Shown: positions 53,221-64,000 of the stretch, one piece after another
How positions within the stretch are numbered: position 1 is the stretch's first letter
Layout of the letters: every line of letters begins with the position of its first letter
From: Eledone cirrhosa
Taxonomy: Eukaryota
Reading direction: 5' to 3'
NCBI GenBank assembly: GCA_964016885.1
Contig: OZ024744.1
Location: forward strand, 75,144,001 to 75,208,000
DNA: 64,000 bases
Program-made: the position numbers and the translations under genes
Notes under the pieces: generated by a model
Told to the model about the DNA's origin: nothing
Seen by the model: the letters and a program-made list of their open reading frames with translations, nothing else
Database searches by the model: none

Positions 53221-53445
53221 TTTATTAAAATAACAGATTAAAGTTTAAGCAAAGAATCGCTGCTTTCACCCTTAACGGGATCTTCTGAGTTTCAGAAGAT
53301 CCCGTTAAGGCTGAAAGCAGCGATCCTTTGCTTAAACTTTAATCTGTTATTTTAATAAATATTTGCTCTACGGTTCTTATATATCTGATATGTATTTATC
53401 CTTATCGAGCCCTCTTTGGATTTTAGTCTTCAAATTTATTATTAT

Positions 53446-53450
<5 letters not shown>
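53221..53450. mobile_element. fold-back element family F1 copy
   Basis: IR 53221-53360 plus a tail matching that of 32108-32300; further partial copy at 53485-53548. Confidence 0.85.
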
Positions 53451-53487
<37 letters not shown>

Positions 53488-53598
53488 TAAAATAACAGAT
53501 TAAAGTTTAAGCAAAGAATCGCTGCTTTCACCCTTAACGGGATCTTCATATCTAGCCGAAATGCGATTTATATTTATATTTATTCGCTAATTTATATT

Positions 53599-53629
<31 letters not shown>

Positions 53630-53699
53630 ATATATATGTATATATATATATATATATATGTGTGTGTATATATATATATGTATATATGCATTTATATGC

Positions 53700-53789
<90 letters not shown>

Positions 53790-54044
53790 GTATGTAAGTA
53801 TATATACTTTATTTATTTAGCCCAGACATAACTTTCAATTAACCCCTCTTTTGTCTAAAGTTTAACGTATATTATAACGTTTTTTATTGTAAGGTTTATA
53901 AGTGTATTTAAAATTATTTGTACATGCACACACATCAGTACTATAATATTTGTGTATATGTTTGTTTATATATATATAAATATACATATATATATATGTA
54001 TACACATATATGCATATATATATATATATAATATATATATATAA

Positions 54045-54149
<105 letters not shown>

Positions 54150-54161
54150 TATACACACATA

Positions 54162-54214
<53 letters not shown>

Positions 54215-54273
54215 GTGTGTATATATATTTATTTATATATATATTTATTTATATATATATATATACACACATA

Positions 54274-54304
<31 letters not shown>

Positions 54305-54689
54305 GCATACGTTTAGATCTGTAAGTAAATAGATATTTATATATACATGCCAGGATACAGTCAAGCACATATATATATACTGTACTGTAGATGTAAAAAT
54401 ATAGAAATTTCAAATCAAATGTTATAATGTTAAGTTTATATAACGCTCATATAGTCGCGCCTGCGTGTATATGTGTTATGACTACAATAATTATAAATTT
54501 AATGTCTGATAACCCTAATGCAACTGAGGCACACGCTGAATAGCGAATGAAACGAAATAACAAAACATCCACGAAACACAACCACATGCATATGTATACA
54601 TGTATGGACTTAACAGCTAACTCACTCACCTCTCTCGATCTCTATCTATCTATCTTTCTATCGATCTATCTATCTGTCAATCTATATTC

Positions 54690-55600
54690 AGAAGGATAGA
54701 CTCTACGGGAGTCTATCCATTCTCATGAAGGATAGGGACACAGCAGTGAAACTGTCCATCAAACCAATCACATCCACCGCATACACCTTCTACCCTACGT
54801 ACATGGGTAGAAGGACACAACAAATAAAAATCCACACCATCCTGCCAATTATGGACATATGGTGGGTTTTGACAGGTTTTCTGGACCTGGAGGATGACAC
54901 ACTGGTGTCCATGGGAAAGGCATCGGGTGACGCGTTCAGTGGAACGAGCCTCGAACTAGGAGTTCAAATGAGGCCCGAAAGGATCGCCCAGATCCCTGAA
55001 CGCGTCATACTGGATGATCAAACTTTCATCAACATTACCGTTGAGGGTCGGCGGCCCTCGTGTTACCTCTGTGGAACCAGAGGTCACTTGAGGGCTTAAT
55101 AAGAAAACCCCAATCCCAACTTAATAAGAAAACCTCAATCCTGCCTACACCACTAGCAACTGCACAACCAACATAACCACCACAACCACCACTACAAAAA
55201 CAACAACCACAGCTCAAACCAAAACAAAACAAGGTCCAACCCATCCCCCCCCCCCCCACTCAAAAAAAAACAATTCCCAAAACACCCGCACCACAAACGC
55301 AACCCGAAAATATACCCCTCCCCTCCAACGCGGAAGATGACCCTCGTTCGTCGTCAGACGAGGAGGAGCACTTCCACACAATCAAAAAAAAAAAAAAGAA
55401 AACACACCTCAGACACACAAATGAAAACAACCCCTCCCCAAAACATAACACTGACACCAACACAAAAGAGCACACAACAACAGCAAACAAAAAACACCAC
55501 ACAAATACAAAAACATGCATACACATACATAAACACAACAAACAAAAAACTGTTAAACATTGTGTACAACAACAATTTAATAAAAACCCAAGGGCCTAAC
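54690..55600 (+). pseudogene. ORF1 remnant of a second Tx1-like LINE family
   Basis: ITVEGRRPSCYLCGTRGHLRA* parallels ISVEGKRPKCFRCGSKTHLRA of ORF1 at 13311; YINTTNKKLL parallels AINTHNKKLM; (TATC)n on both sides. Confidence 0.75.
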
Positions 55601-55642
55601 GTTACTATCTATCTTTCTATCTATCTATCTATATATCTATCT

Positions 55643-55683
<41 letters not shown>

Positions 55684-55717
55684 ATATCTATCTATCTATC
55701 GATCTATCTATCTGTCC

Positions 55718-55782
<65 letters not shown>

Positions 55783-55947
55783 CCTATCACTTAGTTTATT
55801 CCTCATTTCTCTCTTTTTCTCGCTCTTTCTCTACCTTTCTTGCATTGTACCCTTCTTTCATGCTTACTCTCTCATACACCTCATATAATTATACACTTAG
55901 TCAACCTAGCTACCTATCTCTCGATATGCATACATACACACACAAAT

Positions 55948-56082
<135 letters not shown>

Positions 56083-56507
56083 TTTAAATATACATATATA
56101 TATATATATGTATATAAGTGCGGATATGGATTTACATAAAAATATGCATTCATATATAAATATATATATTCATATTTATATGTATATATATATATACATG
56201 GTTATAAAAATTGAATATATATACATTCATATATCCATATATATATATTTATATACGTATAGATAGGTTGATACAAATATCTAATATATACGCACATACA
56301 TATACATACATAAATATGTATATATACATGTATATATATATATATATATATGTGTGTATATATATATATGCATATATTTATTTACATATATATGCATATA
56401 TATATACATGTATATATATGCATGTATATATGTGTGTGTGTATAGATATATATACATACATATAGACACATACACATACACACATACACCCCCACTCACA
56501 TATATAT

Positions 56508-56655
<148 letters not shown>

Positions 56656-56961
56656 GTATATATTTAAAAATTGAACACACATGGTTTAGAAATCAGTTTG
56701 CATGACTGATTGGCTAGCCAAAATTGATTTTTTGGCGTGTGGGATTTAAAGCCACTTCGGATTTTCACGTGCTGCCTACAGCCAGCCAACGGTTGCTAAG
56801 GATAATCCTTTAAATAGTAGTCATCAAGAATTCTGTCAACGTCATTGTCCATCCTGAAATTAATATGAGATTAGCTTCAGTGCCTCTCCGAGTTGTTTAT
56901 TACATGAGTAAGTTGAAGACTACTGCAGACTGCAGAATTTGCCCACTGTATGAGCGAGGAC

Positions 56962-57036
<75 letters not shown>

Positions 57037-57097
57037 TATATATGTATGTATATATATATATATATATAGATATATATATATGTGTGTGTGTGTATAT

Positions 57098-57173
<76 letters not shown>

Positions 57174-57258
57174 GTGTGTGTGTGTATTTATATGCATGAA
57201 CATTTTTATACATAGATATAGATATATACTCATATTCAAACATATATAAGTTTGTATT

Positions 57259-57303
<45 letters not shown>

Positions 57304-57378
57304 ATCAATATATATATGCATATATATATATATATAATGTGGAGAAGGTGCACACGAGTTGGAATATATATATATATG

Positions 57379-57512
57379 TAAATAGGGAGAAAAAACGATT
57401 ATTAGGAAGAAAAAAATATTTTTGTTCTGGGTTAGAAAATGTTTAAAACAAAATATTTTACTTTGTGTGAAGTGTTAAGGTATTAGTTAATTTATTTATT
57501 AATTGGCAATTA

Positions 57513-57544
<32 letters not shown>

Positions 57545-57689
57545 ATGCCATTGTTAATTAATAAATAAATTAACTAATACCTTAAAACTTCACACAAAAT
57601 AAAGTATTTTGTATCTTACATTTTCTAAACAAGAAAAAAGAGAAGAAATTATATTTTTCTTCCTAATAATCGTTTTTTCTCCCTATTTA
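57379..57689. repeat. diverged fold-back element next to (TA)n
   Basis: TAAATAGGGAGAAAAAACGAT..ATCGTTTTTTCTCCCTATTTA; (AAAT)n in the loop. Confidence 0.85.
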
Positions 57690-57705
57690 GCCCCCCCCCC
57701 CCCCT

Positions 57706-57755
<50 letters not shown>

Positions 57756-57819
57756 ACTATTTGCAAAACTCAATTATCAAATGCTGTTACCACTGTTTCC
57801 TCAGAGCAGAATGGTTAAA

Positions 57820-57853
<34 letters not shown>

Positions 57854-57913
57854 TAGATAGATAGATATATGTAAATGTATGTATAGATACTTATGGGTAC
57901 ATATATATACATA

Positions 57914-58024
57914 TAAGGACAGACACTGGTCTGTTGGAGACGCAGGACATGGCAGCGATAATGAGGGACAGAGACTGCTGGAGAGAACTCGTCCATGGAT
58001 CTCGGAAATTTTACCCGCCCTAGA
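57914..58024 (+). mobile_element. RTE-clade LINE extreme 3' fragment
   Basis: Homologous to 62762-62935 (minus). Confidence 0.7.
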
Positions 58025-58365
58025 AAAAAGAATATATAGTAACACATCAAAACCATGTAATTAGCCTTATGTGAAAATACATCGATGAAAAAATGTTTAT
58101 ATATTTTCTAACCGTCCTATAAATTGTACCATTACAGCCATATAAAAATGTAATGTGAAATTTTGAATTTGTATATTTTCTGTAAACATGTCTCTTCTTA
58201 ATGTTATTGATATATGAAAACCAAAGAAGCATTATTTGAATTAAATAAAAGAAACAAATGATTTTTTTTTAATACACAGAGACACGCACATACACGGGCA
58301 TATACACGCACACACAACTCACACACGTCTACACCCATACGCACACTCATATATATATTATATAA

Positions 58366-58429
<64 letters not shown>

Positions 58430-58554
58430 TCAGGAATATAATTTATACTCGTTGAGCAAACCTGCACGTACTCTGTTCATCTCTAACGTAACGATATATT
58501 ATCACTTCATTATTGATAACCTGAAATTTTATATATATATATATGTATATTATG

Positions 58555-58597
<43 letters not shown>

Positions 58598-58776
58598 GTA
58601 CTGGTATATATATGTACAACGTTTTATTACCATTGTTTCACCAGTTTTCAATGTAAATAAGTGTACGGTTGCCGATATGATATATATATGTAAAATTTCT
58701 ATTTAAATTGTTGGGATACAACAAGCAAATATTTTTATAACTGATATAAAGCGCTCAACAAATATTTGGAGTAAAA

Positions 58777-59138
58777 ATACGATATTAACAAATGGAAACT
58801 ATATTTATAAAACCATATTTATTTCATTATACATACTTCATGGACACCAAGTTAAATTACGGTGTGCGTTCATCAGATAAAATATAATATAGATCAGTTT
58901 TATAAATAAATATTGACATACCGTTAAAAAATACAACCATTACCGTTGGGAGCTCTCAGGGGCTTCCAACAGTAATGGTTGCATTTTTTAAGGGTATGTC
59001 AATATTTATTTATAAAACTGATCTATATTATATTTTATCTGATGAAAGCACACCGTAATTTAACTTGGTGTCCCTGAAGTATGCATAATGAAATAAATAT
59101 GGTTTTATAAATATAGTTTCCATTTGTTAATATCGTAT
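58777..59138. mobile_element. fold-back element with hammerhead motifs (GAAG variant)
   Basis: About 180 bp arms with a very small loop; motif at 59031-59095 and its mirror in the left arm. Confidence 0.85.
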
Positions 59139-59152
59139 ATATATATATATAT

Positions 59153-59217
<65 letters not shown>

Positions 59218-59220
<3 letters not shown>

Positions 59221-59700
59221 GATGGCTGCCCCCTCGTTATCGAGTATGGCCATTGCACGATATACCATTATTAATAATTATTAATTAATTCTATCGTGCA
59301 GTGCCTGTGCATGAAGATTTGTTTAAAGTAAGGAAAGACTGTGCACTGAGCCAATCCCACTCTCTGAGCAACAGTAGCTATGACCCGAAAAGAAGAAAAG
59401 ATCAACATCATCGGTAACTGCTGAGTCGCAGGTTTTGTATCGGAGTTTTTCCAGTTTCCTGAGTTGCCTTCTCCTAGAAGAATGCCCTGACCAAGGCTAG
59501 GGGTCCTTCACTCTCAGTGGTTTAACCACTCGGTAAATGTGTGTATACAGATTTACACAAGTTCGGATGGCCGTAGACTATTATGAGTTCTTCCGCCTTT
59601 GTCAGGTTTTGTTCTTTGCCCTGCAGGGTGTCCAAAATCACCCTCCTCACTAAGCAAACTTGGTGGGGTTGCCGGTATAGTCGCTGATTATCTGACCATG
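59218..59700 (-). mobile_element. short non-autonomous RTE-like element
   Basis: Homologous to 8977-9531 at both termini. Confidence 0.6.
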
Positions 59701-59756
59701 CGAATGGTTGTACTGGGTTACATGTTACCAGTAGCACTCAAGAGTGACCATACATA

Positions 59757-59800
<44 letters not shown>

Positions 59801-59831
59801 GGTGTGGGTGAGTGTATATATATATACACAT

Positions 59832-59895
<64 letters not shown>

Positions 59896-59920
59896 ATATA
59901 TGTATGTATATATATATATG

Positions 59921-60007
<87 letters not shown>

Positions 60008-60111
60008 CCAAAGATTAATATGACCAAAATATATGGTTCATTGATTAGTCAATGAATATAGTTTTACAATAGATTAAAAGCACTCTACAGTAAAGTTTTC
60101 TGGAGTTATTA

Positions 60112-60452
60112 ATATTATTCAAAATATTAATAAATGAAGACATTCACATAATCAAAATATATGTTTTATTATATATATTTAGAAGGTACTTTGCTGATTT
60201 TCAGTACGTCCTCGTCAGATAAAATACATGAATTGATGTATAACATAGCTCAACGGTCTTGATGATTCAATTCAACTACTGGCAATAATAGAATTGAACC
60301 ATCAAGACCGTTGAGTTATGTCATACATCAATTCATGTATTTTATCTGACGAGGACGTACTGAAAATCAGCACAGTACCTTCGAAATATATATAATAAAA
60401 CATATATTTTGATTACCTGAATGTCTTCATTTATTAATATTTTGAATAATAT
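60112..60452. mobile_element. fold-back element carrying a hammerhead motif
   Basis: Arms 60112-60273 and 60291-60452; right end runs into (TA)n. Confidence 0.88.
60340..60400 (+). ncRNA. type I minimal hammerhead ribozyme motif, canonical core
   Basis: TTTTAT-CTGACGA-GGAcGTACTG-loop-CAGTACcTTC-GAAA-TATATA-TA-ATAAAA. Confidence 0.75.
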
Positions 60453-60467
60453 ATATATATATATATG

Positions 60468-60586
<119 letters not shown>

Positions 60587-61914
60587 GTGTGTGTGTGTGT
60601 ATATATATATTCATATATATATATACAATTTCGCTTGAAGCTTAGATTTATTCAATATGAATAGAAATTTCGTATTTCTAAAGAAATACGGTTTTGCACG
60701 GGTAAGAACATTGGTAATAGCACCTCCAATGAGAAATGTTTATTTGTGAGTGCCTGTTAAAAACTCCCGAAAATACACCGAGAGGAAACTTGTTTTATTT
60801 GGAGAAAATTAAGAAGTTGAAAGTACAGTTTAGCTGTCTACGTGCATTGTTCATAGAAATATAGTTGAGCCCCTTCTTCTCATACTCCTCTGTTTTGGCC
60901 TTTTGGAGTAAATGTGAAAGAGAAAGTCACAGGTTAAGTTGGCAGAAGGTTCCAGTGTCATAGCAGTAAGGCGTAAGCTACTTACCTCAAAAGTTCATTC
61001 GCACTCTTTCCACTAAGTTACTCTTTCTCTCTATCCCTCACGGTGCAGTCCCTTGTGAATTTCTCGCGTAGGCCTGGTGTAGATTTGCACCCGATCCATC
61101 TTCCCGATGCACATGTCCGCTTTGTACGGCTTTTCAAGGAAGGAGTGACCAGCAGTACGTTGTTGGGTATTATTACGAAAAGGTGTAGCAGAGAATCCCG
61201 CGTGAACTAACACCTCGGGAGGAAACTGCTTACCTCGAAGATTCATTCACCATCATTCTTGTTTACTTGGTATTTTTTGATCTACAGTTAGATGAATGGC
61301 GCACAAAGGGTTAATGTCTATTGGCAAGAAGTGCAACTGGGCTCGCTTGCCTCGCTTATATTATATATTAAAATAACAGATTAAAGTTTAAGCAAAGAAT
61401 CGCTGCTTTCACCCTTAACGGGATCTTCTGAAACTAAAAAAAATCAACCTGTGAACGCGGAAGTAAATATTTCGAAAAACTTTGCAACCGAAGGAAAACG
61501 GGAAGGCGATACTTTGGTTCGTGAAGACGTTCCCTGGCAATGAACGAAAAATAGCGAACATAATACGTCATCAATGTTTGTCAGAATGTCGTAATACAGA
61601 CAACGAGGCATACGGACAGATCATATAAGGGCGCGACGGAGATGGATAACCGGTGCCTAACAGAAAATTGAAAAATAAAAGCTGCAGTTTATATCTTTAG
61701 ACCGCAAGGAATATATAAATGCAAGTTTGAAGTCAATCGGAGTAGAAATGTGGGTTTGTATAGACTTGGCAAAAATGAGGACACACACACAGACAACTAC
61801 ATATGTATATGTGTGTGTGTATGTGTGTGTGTGCGTATGTGTTTGTGTGTGTGTGCGCGCGTGTGTGTGTGTGTATGTATAATTCTCTTTGATCAATCTG
61901 ATCAATCTTCAAGA

Positions 61915-62580
61915 TGTCACCCATTGCAAGTGCAATTTTCTCAGAGGACAGGGCTCATGCTCTGCCTATGGCCACCATCCGTGGTCTTCTCAGTCTGGAC
62001 GAGATCCATTGTGCTTCGAACGGGTGTCGAAGTCTGAGAACGTGTGGCGGGGTCTGAGATGTCACTCGTATAAGCTCCTCGACTTCATATGCATATATAG
62101 TTTGTCTTGCTATCTGAAAACCGGTTGCTTACCCCGCCACACCGAACTAAACCTGATCATTAAGTGAGTCCCAGCTCGGGTAAATATCCCCTCAAGAATG
62201 GAGTCGGATGGCTAATCTTACTCTTTGTCACTGTGTAAGAGGTAGATGTCTCGTCTGGGACACCACAGTCAGTGGTTCTTGTGCTCCCTCCCATATCATG
62301 GATGCCGCGGTAAATATGATGATCACTGCTTCCGTAGCCGAACGGAATTAAATCCTAGAATACCGGGAACTATCAAATAACTATTTTTGCAGCCTGTGGC
62401 GTTTAAGGCACTTTGTGGAGTTGGGCCGCTAACAAAGAATTTCTCGTCATTTTTAGCGGCTCGCCTTACCAAGGTTTGAAGTGCTGCACATGATGGTACC
62501 TCGTTGTTTCAGTACCTTCGCCACGCCATCATACATGGTAGTGTTGCAAGCGTGTTGGCTTACCTGAAAACTTTTCTATA
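61915..62580 (+). mobile_element. degenerate CRE-like RLE retrotransposon 3' part
   Basis: SLSCYLKTGCLPRHTELNLIIK*..NIPSRME, GRCLVWDTTV, QPVAFKALCGVGP, LFQYLRHAIIHG across frames. Confidence 0.65.
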
Positions 62581-62761
62581 AACTTTGTGGTTTGTGAACG
62601 ATTGACGCAATTGGTGATGAATTTATGGGTTTATTTCCCATTGATCATATATTATTGTACATTATAATTATAAGGTTCCTAGAAATCATTTATAATATTT
62701 ATTATTTGTGTTTATATTTTCATATATATATATATACAGATATAAATAAATATATCTATCT

Positions 62762-62935
62762 ATCTAAGGCGGGTAAAATTCCCGAGATCCATGGACGAGT
62801 TCTCTCCAGCGTTCTCTGTCCCTCATTATCGCTGCCATGTCCTGCGTCTCCAACAGACCAGTGTCTGTCCTTAGGGCATCAACATACGTTAACCTTGGTC
62901 TTCCTCTTCTAGTGTGTCCATGTAGGGGCTCCCAA
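62762..62935 (-). mobile_element. RTE-clade LINE 3' fragment
   Basis: WEPLHGHTRRGRPRLTYVDALRTDTG..MRDRERWR, a typical RTE C-terminus. Confidence 0.75.
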
Positions 62936-62952
62936 ATAAATATATATATGTC

Positions 62953-62986
<34 letters not shown>

Positions 62987-62994
<8 letters not shown>

Positions 62995-63546
62995 ATACTT
63001 TGGGAGGGTCATGTTGCCAATAAGAAACACACGCACCAGTTACTTTCACTTCAATTTATTATAATAAATTTATAAATTTAGGAATTTATAAATTTCCGGT
63101 TGGTTGGTTGGTTCCACAACGAGATGACTGTTTATATATTGTAAAAGTTCTTTCGTCACACATTATGTGACCTCTTCAGTGACTGGGGATTCTTTTCTTT
63201 GTTTTTGTGCCTCTCCTTTGTTCTGTCCTACGCCATCTTGTTTTTGCCGTAGGACAGAACAAAGGAGAGGCACAAAAACAAAGAAAAGAATCCCCAGTCA
63301 CTGAAGAGGTCACAGAATGTGTGACGAAAGAACTTTGACAATATATAAACAATCATCTCGTTGTGGAACCAACCAACCAACCGGAAATTTATAAATTCCT
63401 AAATTTATAAATTTATTATAATAAATTGAAGTGAAAGCAACTGGTGCGTGTGTTTCTTTTTGGCAACATGACCCTCCCAAAGTATAACAATATCGGTTTC
63501 AACACACGTTTTCAGATAAAGAATCTTGCTAAACAAATTCAGAAAC

Positions 63547-63550
<4 letters not shown>
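62987..63550. mobile_element. fold-back element family F3 with hammerhead motif
   Basis: About 245 bp arms (62987-63232, 63248-63493), tail 63494-63550, (TA)n on both sides. Confidence 0.9.
63297..63339 (+). ncRNA. type I minimal hammerhead motif
   Basis: GTCA-CTGAAGA-g-GTCAC-agaatgt-GTGAC-GAAA-GaaC-TT-TGAC. Confidence 0.7.
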
Positions 63551-63602
<52 letters not shown>

Positions 63603-63810
63603 TATATATATGTATTCATTATATTAAGGATAAATAGTGAGTCATGTTACGCTGGAGTTTCAACTATTTATCACAGGGTCCATTTGTTAAGCAAGCGAAA
63701 CTCCAGAGAAAAAAGACTCACTATTCAGCCTTAATAAAATGAATATTAAAAATCTACGTCGGTATTGAGTACTCTTTTCTATCAGTCCCCAAACACACAC
63801 ACACATACAC

Positions 63811-63869
<59 letters not shown>

Positions 63870-64000
63870 TATATATATATATATATATATATATCTGTAT
63901 ATTTATAAAAATGTAGTTTTCTGTATGTGTGTGTATGTGTGTGTGGATAAGTTTTAATGAGGGCTCATATATTCTAAACCATTCATGCTATTTCTTTGAA

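Noticed and set aside
56920-56965. Minus-strand ATG-TCCTCGCT-CAT resembling HDV P3/L3
   Set aside because: Upstream sequence is (TA)n, so P1 and P2 cannot form, and the catalytic J4/2 is missing
61031-61246. 71 aa ORF faintly like an RLE retrotransposon C-terminus (FPPEV..GF)
   Set aside because: Too degenerate to assign without a profile search

Overview
AT-rich, microsatellite-saturated animal DNA with no host gene that I can support. The tRNA-derived SINE resembles octopod cephalopod SINEs (from memory, not searched). All recognisable coding sequence is transposon-derived: an apparently intact L1/Tx1-type LINE (13097-19111) inside an (ATT)n tract, a near-complete R4/Dong-type RLE retrotransposon (4098-~8055, minus), three or four truncated R4 pieces, and degenerate CRE, RTE, Penelope-like, Tc1/mariner and Helitron remnants. 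Most short ORFs in the track are microsatellite artefacts. The strongest unannotated signal is a set of sequence-unrelated 100-600 bp non-coding elements, mostly in or next to (TA)n tracts and often fold-backs with a one-sided tail. Many contain minimal type I hammerhead-ribozyme motifs, including recurrent core variants (U3-A8, CCGAAGA, GAAG, a branched stem II). They are best explained as non-autonomous Penelope-like (pLTR) mini-elements. The retroelements also appear to partition microsatellite targets (ATT/TAA, TACA, TATC, TA), and the SINE 3' end resembles that of the intact LINE. All structures were derived by eye; nothing was folded or searched computationally.
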